From contig JAIXOQ010000017.1 of assembly GCA_027486675.1 (NCBI GenBank), positions 123,986 to 187,985 of the forward strand: a stretch of 64,000 bases of DNA. The letters run 5' to 3'. Below, piece after piece: positions 8,525 to 19,407 of the stretch. Made by a program: the position numbers and the translations under genes. The notes beneath the pieces are model-generated. The model was not told where the DNA came from and made no database searches. It saw only the letters and a program-made list of their open reading frames with translations. This DNA comes from Pseudomonadota bacterium. Its GTDB lineage: Bacteria; Bdellovibrionota; UBA1018; CAIMNF01. The first letter of the stretch is position 1. Every line of letters begins with the position of its first letter.

Positions 8525-10383
8525 GCGACTCCCCTTAGACTTTGTGTTGTTCGATCACGGCCCTGCGTACGATTCACGAGTTCTGCCACATCTAGAATCA
8601 GCGCTGCTTTTCCATCCCCAAGAATCGCTCCACCGGTAATTCCTTTAAGACTACGAATTTCAGCACCCAGCTGCTTAATGACCACCTGTTGCTGCCCGAT
8701 AATATCGTCAACCAGCACCGAAAATGCGTGATCGCCTGAGCGAACTACGATCGCAATCGCGGTCGATGGATCGATTGGTTTTACCTTTTGCCCTAGAAGG
8801 GTGCCTAACCGGTGCAAGGGTAGATTTTCCCCTCTTAGGCCAAGCACTTCTCCCATTCCAGTCACATAAGAGACATCTTCTTTTGCAGGTTGCAAAGATT
8901 CATGCACTTGGGTGATCGGAATGATGTACTTTTCTGTCCCTGCCTGAACGACCATGCCATCTATAATTGCGAGTGTCAGAGGGAGCAGAATCTTAAAACA
9001 GGTTCCCTTACCGAGCTCGGTCTGCAAAAGCACTTCACCGTGTAATATTTTCTCGACATTCGTTTTTACAACGTCCATCCCAACACCTCGGCCAGATATT
9101 TCTGTCACCTGACTGTGAGTTGAAAATCCAGGGGCAAAAACAAGGGCGTGACATTCAGCCTCTGTCAGCTTTTGCTCTGCTCGGATGATCCCTTTTTCAA
9201 TTGCTTTTTGGCGAAGCTTCTCAGCATTGAGGCCCTTCCCGTCATCCCTAATTTCTAAAACGATCTGATTCCCCTGGTGGTAAGCGTTGAGCGTAATGCG
9301 GCCAGCTTTTGACTTGCCCATCTGTTCACGTTCCTCGCCTGATTCGATTCCATGATCCACGGCATTCCTAATCAAATGGACTAAAGGATCGCCTAAATGT
9401 TCTACGACGGTTTTATCTAGCTCGGTCTCATCTCCTATGAGCTCAAGATGGATCTCTTTTCCAAGTATCTTAGACGTATCCCGAACTATGCGTTGCATCT
9501 TTTGAAATGTTTGCTTCAAAGGAACCATACGCAGGCTCATCGAAATGTCCTGAATATCCTTAGTAATTTTTGCAAGCTGACCAATTGTTTTCTGAACGAG
9601 TGGTGACTCAATATGCACTCGCTGCTGATCAAGCACCGTCTGCATAATCACAAGCTCGCCCACGTTATTCAGTAAGGTTTCAAGCCGCTTCAGGCTCACA
9701 CGAATATTTTCGTCCTGCACCTGTTGTGGCGGTTGAGCGGGACCTGCTTGGGGAGCTTGAACTGGAGCAGATACTGCTGCCGCTGGCGGGATTACTCGGG
9801 GCTCTACCTGGGAAGCTTCCGGTGTGGCTATGGGCTCAGCTTCGATGGATTCTCTCACTAAGGGGATGAGCTCCGCAAAATGTTCAGTCTCTTCCTCGGT
9901 CTTCACCTCAAAAGCGTCGGCAGATGGGTATTCAAGATCTACAGGAGAAGACGAGACCTCGAGTGGCTCCTCAGAGATAGCCTCGAGAACTACCGTCTTG
10001 CCACTCAATTGGGCGCGGATCTCCTCTAAGAGGGCTACGCTGTCCATCTTGGCTTCAAAATCGGCTTTTAAAGCATCAACCCAAACCCGCAGGTGGTCGT
10101 TGCACTGAAGAAGCAAACTCACGGTCGCAGTGTGGATCTGAAGTTCACGATTCTTTAATTTTAAAAGGAGGGATTCTAGTTCGTGGGTGAACTCACCCAT
10201 TTGGATAAATCCTACACCCCGTGCACTGCCTTTCAGATTGTGAGCAAGACGAAATATTTTCTCTAAGATAGAAGGGTCTTCTGAACGTGTTTCAAGGTCC
10301 AAGAAGCACTGTTCCGTGTCAGCGAGTAGCTGTGCCGCCTCATCTAGAAACCCAGCTTTTAATTCTCTTTCAAAGTCATCCAT
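8521..10383 (-). CDS. cheA: Chemotaxis histidine kinase CheA
   Basis: Hpt domain (FRLAHNLKGSARGVGF). HATPase_c (HLIRNAVDHGIE...GRGVGMDVV). C-terminal CheW-like regulatory domain. No fused receiver. Confidence 0.9.
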   Translation of the reverse strand: MDDFERELKAGFLDEAAQLLADTEQCFLDLETRSEDPSILEKIFRLAHNLKGSARGVGFIQMGEFTHELESLLLKLKNRELQIHTATVSLLLQCNDHLRVWVDALKADFEAKMDSVALLEEIRAQLSGKTVVLEAISEEPLEVSSSPVDLEYPSADAFEVKTEEETEHFAELIPLVRESIEAEPIATPEASQVEPRVIPPAAAVSAPVQAPQAGPAQPPQQVQDENIRVSLKRLETLLNNVGELVIMQTVLDQQRVHIESPLVQKTIGQLAKITKDIQDISMSLRMVPLKQTFQKMQRIVRDTSKILGKEIHLELIGDETELDKTVVEHLGDPLVHLIRNAVDHGIESGEEREQMGKSKAGRITLNAYHQGNQIVLEIRDDGKGLNAEKLRQKAIEKGIIRAEQKLTEAECHALVFAPGFSTHSQVTEISGRGVGMDVVKTNVEKILHGEVLLQTELGKGTCFKILLPLTLAIIDGMVVQAGTEKYIIPITQVHESLQPAKEDVSYVTGMGEVLGLRGENLPLHRLGTLLGQKVKPIDPSTAIAIVVRSGDHAFSVLVDDIIGQQQVVIKQLGAEIRSLKGITGGAILGDGKAALILDVAELVNRTQGRDRTTQSLRGVA

Positions 10384-10454
10384 ACCTGCACACCCTTACT
10401 CAAGTTTTCGGAAGCTTGAATCATTTACTTAAGAAGCCATTGATCTGAGGCCGT

Positions 10455-12671
10455 TTAAACGTCTTCGAAGCGGGGATCATCTTTTGACGGGACTTCAAAG
10501 TTTGCGCTCTTACCGGCTCCTACGGCTTCTTTATGCTCTGAAGGCACTGATTTCTCGGGCTGATTAGTTTTTGACGCTCGTCTTTTGGCAATAGGAACCA
10601 CATTCTCTTTCGAGTCACCACTACTGGTCGACTTAGGCGCATCGGTCTCGCTAGAACCGGAGGCGGCCTGCTGGGCGTCAAAACTCCCATTGATCACGAA
10701 GAACAGATCCCGCACCATTTGGCGAAGTTCTTCGGCCTGGGTGCTCAGCGACTCGGCTGAAGATGCTGTGCTTTGGGAAATTGCAGAGTTCTGCTGCGTG
10801 ACTTGGTCGAGCTGATTCATGGCTTTATTGATCTCGGCTACCCCCTGGGCTTGCTCCTGGGATGCTGATGAAATCTCGCCCACCATGCCATCCACTTCTT
10901 GAACAGTAGAGAGAATCTTGTTCAATACCTCTCCACACCGCGCTGCCACCTGCATTCCAAGGCCAACCTTCTCTTTGCTCTCGACTACGAGGCGTTCAAC
11001 CTCAGTTCTAGTCTCTGCTACAATCCCTTCTACCTTCTGGATGCTGGATTCGAGCATAGTAGAAATTTCTTTTGCCGCATTCCCACTCATTTGAGCAAGA
11101 TTCCCGACCTCCTCAGCAACTACAGCAAATCCCTTTCCATGCTCACCAGCGCGTGCCGCTTCGACAGAGGCATTAAAAGAGAGAAGCTTCGTCTGAAATA
11201 CGATGTCATTGATGACTTTTGTCTTGTTCCCAATCTCGCTAATGACTTTCACGATTTCACCAATTTGACGATTTCGCTCCTCGATCTGATTCATGATTGC
11301 TGTATTGCTGTCGCTGATGTCAGCAATCGATTTTGACATTTCTTGTACCGCCTCTTGCCCCTCTTCGGCAGTGGTTCGGCTCGTCTGTGAAACTTTCTGA
11401 GACTGACTTGCATTATCGGCACTCATTTTAACCATGGAACTGACTTCATCAATCGAAGCTGCAGTTTCTTGGATGGCCGCTGCCTGTTCTACGACTGCTT
11501 CTGAAAGACCTGTGCTTGAGCGGGAGATCTGAGAAGCTGCGTTAAATACCTCGTTTGATCCATGCGATAAACGACCCGCAAGACCTGACAGGCTCTTTGA
11601 GAGGGAAATCGCAAAGAAGTAAGAGATCAGCGATGCAAGTGCAATAACCACCGCAAAGATCCCGTAAAATATATTTTGAGCTTGGATGAGCGCGCTCATC
11701 GCCTCTTTCTGTGAATCCTTAACGAGCACAGACCACCCTATGCTATCTACAAACTTCCCACCACTGACCGGTACAAATCCAGCAATCTGCAAGTCGCCTG
11801 TTTTTGTGTTTTTCTCAAGAAGGGCTCCAGACTTCTTTGCTGATAAAGCCGCCCATGCTGCGCCAGTTTCAGTTTCTTTGAGTAGTCTGTTCCAGTCGTA
11901 CTTCGAATCACTCAGAACCTCTATCTTCGGGTCAGACGAGTACTCAAAGAGCACTGTCCCGTCATGGCGAACCATAGAAAGCTCAGAGCTTCCGAATCCA
12001 CTTTTCTTTAACCCTGCATAGAGCTCTTTAAAGGCGACTTCAAACCAACGTGAACCTGCACGGTTGGTGATCACTCCAATCACCTTGCCACTTGCGTTTT
12101 TGACCGCTGCACTGAAGCTTGATCCTAAACGATCTGAACCAAAAACCTTGCTAGTGTACGGATCAACGTGCACGTCTTCCACAAAAGTTCCTGCAAAAGC
12201 TTTCGCCTTATCTTCTGTGAATTTCCCCTCCATCACAGCTTTAAACCATGGGGCCTCTGAATAATTCTGTTCATAGAGAGGTTTTACAGCGATGTCTTCG
12301 CCACCAGGTGTTTTGCTGGAAGTAGCGACCAGGTGTCCTTTTGCATCGACCAACATGATCAGATCGTAGATGCCATAAAGTGCGCTCCAAGAGTTGAGCA
12401 TGTCTACGATCGATTGCTGGCTGCTCGCTTGAATTGCCGGGCTAATCGCAAAGGCCTGAACGTCGCCGTAACGCTCAAAGAACTGTGCGCCGATAGCATC
12501 ACTTAAGCTTCTGGCATAGGCTTCAAAGCTATCGAGCTGTGCCTTTTCTTGCGTGCCCACAATGTGCTTTAACACCCCCACAGAGGCGGCACCCAGAAGC
12601 ACCGTGATCCCCATGGAAAGAGCGATGAGTTTAAATTTAAGAGATTTGCCATTTTTCATTTGCTTGTTCAT
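10455..12671 (-). CDS. Methyl-accepting chemotaxis protein with periplasmic Cache-type sensor domain
   Basis: ORF 10455..12764. Likely start at internal Met ([26 protein letters not shown]). TM1, periplasmic Cache-like region, TM2, HAMP, MCP signalling domain ([44 protein letters not shown]). Confidence 0.85.
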   Translation of the reverse strand: MNKQMKNGKSLKFKLIALSMGITVLLGAASVGVLKHIVGTQEKAQLDSFEAYARSLSDAIGAQFFERYGDVQAFAISPAIQASSQQSIVDMLNSWSALYGIYDLIMLVDAKGHLVATSSKTPGGEDIAVKPLYEQNYSEAPWFKAVMEGKFTEDKAKAFAGTFVEDVHVDPYTSKVFGSDRLGSSFSAAVKNASGKVIGVITNRAGSRWFEVAFKELYAGLKKSGFGSSELSMVRHDGTVLFEYSSDPKIEVLSDSKYDWNRLLKETETGAAWAALSAKKSGALLEKNTKTGDLQIAGFVPVSGGKFVDSIGWSVLVKDSQKEAMSALIQAQNIFYGIFAVVIALASLISYFFAISLSKSLSGLAGRLSHGSNEVFNAASQISRSSTGLSEAVVEQAAAIQETAASIDEVSSMVKMSADNASQSQKVSQTSRTTAEEGQEAVQEMSKSIADISDSNTAIMNQIEERNRQIGEIVKVISEIGNKTKVINDIVFQTKLLSFNASVEAARAGEHGKGFAVVAEEVGNLAQMSGNAAKEISTMLESSIQKVEGIVAETRTEVERLVVESKEKVGLGMQVAARCGEVLNKILSTVQEVDGMVGEISSASQEQAQGVAEINKAMNQLDQVTQQNSAISQSTASSAESLSTQAEELRQMVRDLFFVINGSFDAQQAASGSSETDAPKSTSSGDSKENVVPIAKRRASKTNQPEKSVPSEHKEAVGAGKSANFEVPSKDDPRFEDV

Positions 12672-12735
12672 CCGTGATTGCTCATCGGCAGGGCACAAAG
12701 AAAATGTAAAAAAATTAATGTAGACTAGCCGCAGC

Positions 12736-13518
12736 ATGACTTTAGCAGGCAAAACCACCGCCAATATTCCTTCACCCCCACTGCTTCTGATCGGAAAAGG
12801 AAAGCTAGCTCAGCACATGCAAACGTACTGCAAGCTCATGAATGCACCATTTCTGTGGCACAAAGACGCAAGAAGTCTAAACGATGACTTCAGCGCATTG
12901 TGTCAGACTGAGGTCGGGCGACTTAGACCGACCATGGCCTGGATACTGGTCTCGGATCGCGCAGTTCCTCTTGTCACAAGGGGAGTTCGCGCACTAGCCC
13001 CGCATTTAAAACTTTTTCACGCATCAGGTGCGCTTAAGGTGGAGGGCGCCACAGCTCTCCATCCCCTATTCACTTTTGGTCCCGACCCCTATCCACTTCA
13101 GATCTATCAGTCCTTCCCCCTCACATTGATCGGCAGAAGATGGGCAGATGAAGAAATACTCCTGCAATTTTGCTCTACCTACTTTTCTAAAAATCAAAGA
13201 CTTGAGTTCCATGAAGACCATCAGGCCTTTTACCACGCTCTCTGCGTGATGGTTTCTAACTTCCCTCAGATCCTTTGGGATATGAGCGGGACTGCACTTC
13301 AAGATAAAACTGGCGTGAATAGAACCGTCTTTACACCGATCATTCTGCAAGCAGCTGCGAATTTTGCACAGTCTGCAGACCGTGCACTGACCGGCCCTTT
13401 GGCTAGAGGTGATCAAGAGACGATAACTAAGAATTTAAGCGCGCTCGGTGAAACACCACTTCGCGGACTTTATGAAGCATTCCTTAAGAGTTACTCAAAA
13501 CCTTCGGAGGACACGTAG
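12736..13518 (+). CDS. Rossmann-fold / DUF2520-like putative oxidoreductase
   Basis: N-terminal dinucleotide-binding-like motif ([13 protein letters not shown]). C-terminal region contains a TGPLARGD motif reminiscent of DUF2520. Divergent from the che operon. Confidence 0.35.
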   Translation: MTLAGKTTANIPSPPLLLIGKGKLAQHMQTYCKLMNAPFLWHKDARSLNDDFSALCQTEVGRLRPTMAWILVSDRAVPLVTRGVRALAPHLKLFHASGALKVEGATALHPLFTFGPDPYPLQIYQSFPLTLIGRRWADEEILLQFCSTYFSKNQRLEFHEDHQAFYHALCVMVSNFPQILWDMSGTALQDKTGVNRTVFTPIILQAAANFAQSADRALTGPLARGDQETITKNLSALGETPLRGLYEAFLKSYSKPSEDT

Positions 13519-14897
13519 TCTGTTGCAACCGATGCCTGATAGCGTGCCAGGGCACGGAGGTAATCCACTTTCGAATCAATCTGACGAATCATCGCTTCTG
13601 AGGATTGTTGTTCTCTAAGGTTCACAAAGATCAGATTGCTCGACCCCAGTTTGAATCTCCGTCGTTCACCTTGCTCCAATGAATGTGCAGTTTGAAACTC
13701 TAACCCTGCAAGCTCCACACGCTTACGCGCCTGTTCAAGCGCAGAAAGCACATCTCTCAGCTCCTGCTCTACCCTCTGCATCAACAACTCTTCTTGTGCT
13801 TCAATTTGAATCAAAGTTGCGCGTGCGCTCTCGCCTCGTCCTTCGGCCACATTCACCTGAAGGGGGATCTCGAGCCCAGCGCCAACCTCAAACCCATTAC
13901 CGTATTTTGCATAAAGTCCGGATGCCATGTTTCGAACGGCTCCAACCTGGAGATCAAGACGGGGCAAAACTTGGTTTGACGCAAGTTTAATGTCTAGCTC
14001 TATTTGCTGCTTTCTTGCCCGGATACGAGCGACATCTGGGCGACTGGCTATTGCTGCTTTCTCCTCCTCCTTCAGTTCAGTTCGAGGAAGAGGTCCGTAA
14101 GGAGCATGGCTGATATCCGCAGGCAGCGCCAATGGCTCGGTGCCCGCACCTCGCTCGATCGTTCTAGGGGTTCCGTTATCATCCCGAAGATAAAGAGCAA
14201 GTCTAAAGGATGCTTCCTGCAACGCACGTTCGCTTGCTACCTTTTGAGCCTCTCTTTGTAAAATTGCCCGTCGATTGTCATCAACGTCAAACTTGGGTAG
14301 ATCCCCTCGTTTGACCTGCATTTCAAGCTGAGAGCCTCTCTCCGACGCAACGTGCAATAGCTCTTCAAATACTTCTAGTCGCTTCACAGCTGCCAGCCAC
14401 TCCCAATAGACCATGGTAGCGTCACGCCGAATTTCAATTTTCTGTTGTGCGGAAAGCTGAACTGCAGCATCACGGCCAATGACAGACTGCGCCAATGAAA
14501 CGCGCCTGCTATCTAGAGGGCCGTCTCTCAGTAAAGGTACGTTTAACCCGGCGCGCATTTGACCAGGAGAAGGAGCATCACTCAAACCATAGTAAGGAGG
14601 GAACACCCCATTTGAAGACCTATAACCTGCGAATAGTGAAGTCCCCCAAATGGTAGTTGGCTTCTCTAGAAGAGCATCAAAACGAGTCGTATTATACTGA
14701 TCCCCAAATACACGAGCAGCATTTCCACGGAACCGAATATCAAACTCTCCTTCTGAGGTTTGAACCCGCCCTTCAGCGACTCCTTTTTCTGCATCGGCTG
14801 CTCGCATCATGGGAAATGATCTTTCCACCGATCGAATCACATCCTTTAAGGTAATGGCGAATGACGACTGATTCAGGAGCAACGCTAGAAACAGCAT
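13491..14897 (-). CDS. TolC-family outer-membrane efflux protein
   Basis: 468 aa. N-terminal signal peptide. Two coiled-coil/beta-barrel repeats typical of OEP family. Last gene of the ABC-HlyD-TolC unit. Confidence 0.7.
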   Translation of the reverse strand: MLFLALLLNQSSFAITLKDVIRSVERSFPMMRAADAEKGVAEGRVQTSEGEFDIRFRGNAARVFGDQYNTTRFDALLEKPTTIWGTSLFAGYRSSNGVFPPYYGLSDAPSPGQMRAGLNVPLLRDGPLDSRRVSLAQSVIGRDAAVQLSAQQKIEIRRDATMVYWEWLAAVKRLEVFEELLHVASERGSQLEMQVKRGDLPKFDVDDNRRAILQREAQKVASERALQEASFRLALYLRDDNGTPRTIERGAGTEPLALPADISHAPYGPLPRTELKEEEKAAIASRPDVARIRARKQQIELDIKLASNQVLPRLDLQVGAVRNMASGLYAKYGNGFEVGAGLEIPLQVNVAEGRGESARATLIQIEAQEELLMQRVEQELRDVLSALEQARKRVELAGLEFQTAHSLEQGERRRFKLGSSNLIFVNLREQQSSEAMIRQIDSKVDYLRALARYQASVATDYVSSEGFE

Positions 14898-15917
14898 CTA
14901 CTTCTTGCTCACTTTTTTTGCGGCTTTTTCATCTGGGGAATCAATTGTTGCGGGGAAGCCATTTACTTTTCGCCAGAGTTCATAGCCAAGCCTGACCCTT
15001 CCCAGGAGTACCCAGCCGTTGACTCGCACGCCTTGACGCAGATATTGAGCTGCAGGCCAGTGGTATTCTCCTCCTTCCGGAAAAACTAGAATCCTAAACT
15101 TCCCGGTCTCACCTCCTGCTGAATCAACGCTTCCAACCCTACCCCCAAACGTTCCTACTGCGACTGACGGCCAACCTGCAAACTGAACCGCAGGCCACCC
15201 CTCAAACTGAAGGCGCACTTCTTGCCCTTCATGGATGAGCGGCATGTCATTCCCATCAATCCATAACTCGACGGCGCGCATCTGAGTGTCTGGTACGAGT
15301 TGCGCTAAGACCTCACCGGTTTTAATCACCGGACCGCCCTCGGGCGCGAGGATTCTAAATATTGAACCATCACGAGGAGCCGTCAACACTTGAGATCCCT
15401 GCCGAGTCAACCGAAGGTCAATTCGCGCTAACTCAGCCTTAGCAGTCGCAACATCAGATTGAAACCTTTGATACTCAATCCTGGCGAGTTCATAACTTCG
15501 TTCAGCCGACAAACCTTGATCGGCAAGCTCTCGCTGACGGCCCACGTTAATTTGTGAGGTCTTTTGCGCGGACTCCGCAGCAAGAAGACGTGACTTTGCG
15601 GCCTGTCGCTCTCTTTCCAGTTTTTCCATGATCTGAGGATCTAAATCGGATATCTCAACGAGAGGATCTCCACCTTGAACTCTTTGCCCCTCCACGACGT
15701 ACCACTTCGAAACACGCCCATCTACTGTTGCACCGATTTGCTGGATACGCTCATTGGGCGCGAAAGCGATCACTTTTCCTGTGCCTAGACTCGTCTGAAC
15801 CCACGGAGTGACCACCAGTGAGACGAGCCAAAATGCCAAAAACCAAATCAAATAACGTGCAAATTTAGGCATCTGATCTTCAATTGGGACTTGCTCTAGC
15901 GCTCGGTAATTCTTCAC
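14898..15917 (-). CDS. HlyD-family membrane fusion (periplasmic adaptor) protein
   Basis: N-terminal TM anchor. Biotin-lipoyl-like hairpin (VVEGQRVQGGDPLVEI). Long coiled coil, beta-barrel C-terminus. Start overlaps the upstream ABC gene. Confidence 0.75.
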   Translation of the reverse strand: MKNYRALEQVPIEDQMPKFARYLIWFLAFWLVSLVVTPWVQTSLGTGKVIAFAPNERIQQIGATVDGRVSKWYVVEGQRVQGGDPLVEISDLDPQIMEKLERERQAAKSRLLAAESAQKTSQINVGRQRELADQGLSAERSYELARIEYQRFQSDVATAKAELARIDLRLTRQGSQVLTAPRDGSIFRILAPEGGPVIKTGEVLAQLVPDTQMRAVELWIDGNDMPLIHEGQEVRLQFEGWPAVQFAGWPSVAVGTFGGRVGSVDSAGGETGKFRILVFPEGGEYHWPAAQYLRQGVRVNGWVLLGRVRLGYELWRKVNGFPATIDSPDEKAAKKVSKK

Positions 15918-17515
15918 AAGATCACCCCACCCTCTTTGACCACTAAGACATCACGCACATAGGGGCGATAGCGCTCTGGGTAACTCGAAATAAGTGCAAT
16001 AGCCCAAGGTGTACCTTGACCCAAAATGTTTTTCACCACAGCGTCGTACCCCTTTTCATCCAGCCCACTGAGTGGTTCATCGAGGAGAAGAATCTTCGGT
16101 GATTGAAAAGCAAGGCGAGCAAAAACTACCAGGCGCTTTTCGGAATCAGGAAGATCTTGAGCGCTCGTCTCCTGGGAGTAACGTCCCAGACCGAAGGTCG
16201 CCAAAAGATCTGGTAATTCGTGTGCTCTTTCATGGGACTTGTGAAGCATGACGTTTTGGGCAATAGAACCGCCAAAGACTTCTGGAAGTTCATGCCCACT
16301 GACGTACGAAATGAATTGGGACACTTGGACCGAAGAAAGCTCATGCGTTGGGAAGCCCCCTAAACGCACGCTATCCAATCTTGCGCCGTCATAACCAAAG
16401 ATTCTACGACGCATGGCTTTTTTATTCGCCCGACCATCTGCATGAAAAAGAACTCGAAATCCAGGTTCACCAGTCCAGCCGTCGACCTGTAACGAAATAG
16501 GACTTTGTTCCTGTAAGAGATCACGCCCCTCCGTCTTTGCCTGAATCTCGAGATCCGTTACCTCAAGTACCTTTTCTGACGCAGCTGACAGATCGTAGAT
16601 GTTTTCAAGAAGCTTTCCTAGTTTGGCCAAAGCACTTAAGACCAGAGCAAGCACCAGCTCAGCAGCCACCAGTTGACCAAGACTGAGTTGCTCCTGCTGA
16701 ACGAGCAATGAGCCAAGACCTAATAAAAGAACGGCAGAAGCAACCTGAAGACAAAGCGAGAAAGTCCATTGGCGATAAACCGTTTTAAAGTGATCCGCAC
16801 GGTAGTGCAGCCATCCTTCAAGCAAGATATCAGTCTTTTCTAATGCAAATGACCTGCCCCGGGCGGAATGGAAAACAGTTTCAAAGCTTGCCATCTCAGA
16901 CAACCAATCCACAAAAGTGTATTTGGCTTTTGACTCACCGCGAGCTGATCCCCAGGCGGTACGACCTGAAATCACCACAATCCCATAAAGCGCGAGTCCA
17001 ATGAGCACAGCAAAAGCCATCAGAATCGGATGGTAGATCGCTAGCAATAATAGACCCATCGCCGTTTGAAACAGTACAGCTACTCCATCGAGCACCAGCT
17101 GGGAGGTAAGCTTTTGCACGGTCACAACATCTAAGAAACGGTTCATCCTTGCGCTTAAGGTATGAAAGGCATCGCTTGCCCAATTGGCCATGGTCAGTCG
17201 TTCTGCCACTTCAATTCCGCTTTTCACAAAGAGCCGCCGCTGGATTCGCTCCAATGTTCGGATCTGTATGAGTTGTACGACTGCAGAAAAACAAAGTAAT
17301 GCGGATAGAAAGACACTGAATACAAAGATGGGCTGCTGCACCGATACCAGCCCGGCCGAGTTCACGACTGACTGAACAGCAAGAGGAATGGCCAGACTTA
17401 AAATACCTACGACCGCAGAATAGAGAATGACCGCATAGAAGCTAGATCGTTCATCCGAAAAGAGACGGCTTAGATTTCGGCGAAGGAAGACAAAAGGATT
17501 TTCCCTATGGGGCAT
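15914..17515 (-). CDS. ABC exporter (TMD-NBD fusion, type I secretion-like) with degenerate nucleotide-binding domain
   Basis: Six predicted TM helices followed by an NBD with Walker B (ILLLDEPLSGLD). Walker A is aberrant (ADGRANKK). Signature LSGGQ is replaced by LPDSEKRL. H-loop His is absent (ISSYPERY). Confidence 0.65.
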   Translation of the reverse strand: MPHRENPFVFLRRNLSRLFSDERSSFYAVILYSAVVGILSLAIPLAVQSVVNSAGLVSVQQPIFVFSVFLSALLCFSAVVQLIQIRTLERIQRRLFVKSGIEVAERLTMANWASDAFHTLSARMNRFLDVVTVQKLTSQLVLDGVAVLFQTAMGLLLLAIYHPILMAFAVLIGLALYGIVVISGRTAWGSARGESKAKYTFVDWLSEMASFETVFHSARGRSFALEKTDILLEGWLHYRADHFKTVYRQWTFSLCLQVASAVLLLGLGSLLVQQEQLSLGQLVAAELVLALVLSALAKLGKLLENIYDLSAASEKVLEVTDLEIQAKTEGRDLLQEQSPISLQVDGWTGEPGFRVLFHADGRANKKAMRRRIFGYDGARLDSVRLGGFPTHELSSVQVSQFISYVSGHELPEVFGGSIAQNVMLHKSHERAHELPDLLATFGLGRYSQETSAQDLPDSEKRLVVFARLAFQSPKILLLDEPLSGLDEKGYDAVVKNILGQGTPWAIALISSYPERYRPYVRDVLVVKEGGVIL

Positions 17516-17545
17516 ACTTTAGTTATACCCACAAAAAAAGGAAGT

Positions 17546-18337
17546 TCACCGTGCACGTTCTAAAATAGATGGTCCAGGGTAGAGAGGAAACTGCACTTGC
17601 GAGAACCCACTGAATCCCGGGTCAATAAAAGGCGATCGACTTACTCCGAAACCCACCAAGAGTGAGGCTCCAGAATCAAACTTATAGGTGCCTGCGGGTC
17701 CGGCCATCAAGGAACTATTTCTACTTTGGATTGCACGCGTGCTGAGCCCCGCTAAACCAAGACTCAAGTGATCGGTCGTTTTTACAAGCAATGCTGAAAG
17801 AAACGACAACATGGTCTCGCCGCCTGACTGTCCGCGGACCACCGTCATTTCATCAAAGAACTCGGGCAGGCCCCCAAGACTTCGCACTCGCTCGTATCTC
17901 CACTGGACCAGGAACGAAACACGCTTGACTGCGATGACAAAGTGACCTCGGACGAATCGACGTTGTGTTTGGCCTACGCACTGAAAGGTAGTGCAGTCGA
18001 CAAAACCCGGCCGAAACGCTCGAAAAGTAAAGTCCTGCCCAAAGCTCAAAAGTAAAATAGAAATGGGTGCAAATTGAACCTCACCCCCGATTCGATTCAC
18101 GACTCCTATGCTCCCTGCATTGAGGGCGGTACGGGCGTAACCGTACTTCCAGGCACCTTCATCATAAAGCTTTTTGGAGTACCCAGCAGAGGCCACCGCG
18201 AGTGCACCGGCAGGATAAGTCCGCGCCAACCCTCCGACCGAAAGATCAAATTCTGCATAGGATGGATGCGGCAGAAGAAACAATGCTAGCCAAAACACTT
18301 TTACGAAGCCGCTTTTTAACCATGCAATGTGCATCAT
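17546..18337 (-). CDS. Hypothetical secreted protein
   Basis: 263 aa. N-terminal signal peptide (VFWLALFLLPHPSYA-EF). No recognised domain. Confidence 0.4.
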   Translation of the reverse strand: MMHIAWLKSGFVKVFWLALFLLPHPSYAEFDLSVGGLARTYPAGALAVASAGYSKKLYDEGAWKYGYARTALNAGSIGVVNRIGGEVQFAPISILLLSFGQDFTFRAFRPGFVDCTTFQCVGQTQRRFVRGHFVIAVKRVSFLVQWRYERVRSLGGLPEFFDEMTVVRGQSGGETMLSFLSALLVKTTDHLSLGLAGLSTRAIQSRNSSLMAGPAGTYKFDSGASLLVGFGVSRSPFIDPGFSGFSQVQFPLYPGPSILERAR

Positions 18338-18372
18338 TTTCTATAAGCATGGCACAATCGTAGGGAGCATCT

Positions 18373-19380
18373 ATGTTTTCTTATTTCTACCCCTTACTTC
18401 GGTCGGCACTTTTTCAAATGGATGCTGAAAATGCACATAGAGTAGCGCTCTCACTTTCAGATCCCTGGCTTCGTTATCTTCCGCGACCGAAGTGGTCTAA
18501 GACTGAAATCCAAGTCTTGGGTCTCCATTTTCCGAACCGTTTGGGCCTTGCCGCTGGTTTTGATAAAAACGCGGAACACTTACATACCTGGCGCGCTTTG
18601 GGATTTGGTTTTGTAGAAATCGGTACTGTTACTCCTAGACCGCAGCCCGGGAACCCCAAACCTCGCCTCTTTCGACTCGCTGAATCAAAAGCAATCATTA
18701 ACCGCATGGGCTTTAACAACGATGGAGTGCAAGCGATAGCCGCGCGTCTTAGAAATAGACCGAACGATCTGATCGTGTGCGGTAATATCGGAAAAAATAA
18801 AGACACCCCTGAAGAAGACGCCCATCAGGATTATAAGGAGTGCTTCCGTGCGCTCCAGGACTGTGTGGACTTCGTGACGATCAACGTATCATCACCCAAT
18901 ACTCCTGGCCTAAGACAGCTCCAACAAAGCGAAGCACTGACACAGATCTTAAGTGGGGTGCAGGACTTAAACATGCAAAGAAAAGTCCCGCTTCCGATCG
19001 CACTGAAAGTCGCCCCTGACATTTCCCCCGATCTCACGATTGAGATCGCCGAAGTCGTGAAGGACTACCGCATTTCTGCCCTTGTATGCACGAACACGAC
19101 CGTCGGCAGAAACGGATTGCAGGAGCAACAAAGTATCTTAGATGAAATAGGGGCAGGCGGGTTAAGCGGCCCCCCTCTGTCTGGGGTTTCTCGAAAAACG
19201 CAGAGACTTTTTCGCACCCTTTTGCCTGAGTCGATTCAAATCATCGCTACCGGAGGCATCTCGGATTTGAGCTCAGCTCAAACTCGAATCGAAGAGGGCG
19301 CATCTCTGATTGAAATATATACGGCTCTCGTCTACCGAGGGCCTAAAGTGATCGAAGAAATCACGCGGGGACTCTCCTGA
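18373..19380 (+). CDS. pyrD: Dihydroorotate dehydrogenase (quinone), class 2
   Basis: Motifs LGLAAGFDKN, GFGFVEIGTVTPRPQPGNPKPRLFRL, NRMGFNNDG, ATGGISD. Length 335 aa. Confidence 0.9.
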   Translation: MFSYFYPLLRSALFQMDAENAHRVALSLSDPWLRYLPRPKWSKTEIQVLGLHFPNRLGLAAGFDKNAEHLHTWRALGFGFVEIGTVTPRPQPGNPKPRLFRLAESKAIINRMGFNNDGVQAIAARLRNRPNDLIVCGNIGKNKDTPEEDAHQDYKECFRALQDCVDFVTINVSSPNTPGLRQLQQSEALTQILSGVQDLNMQRKVPLPIALKVAPDISPDLTIEIAEVVKDYRISALVCTNTTVGRNGLQEQQSILDEIGAGGLSGPPLSGVSRKTQRLFRTLLPESIQIIATGGISDLSSAQTRIEEGASLIEIYTALVYRGPKVIEEITRGLS

Positions 19381-19407
19381 AACGCCCCTTTCCTGTATAC
19401 AATAGGG

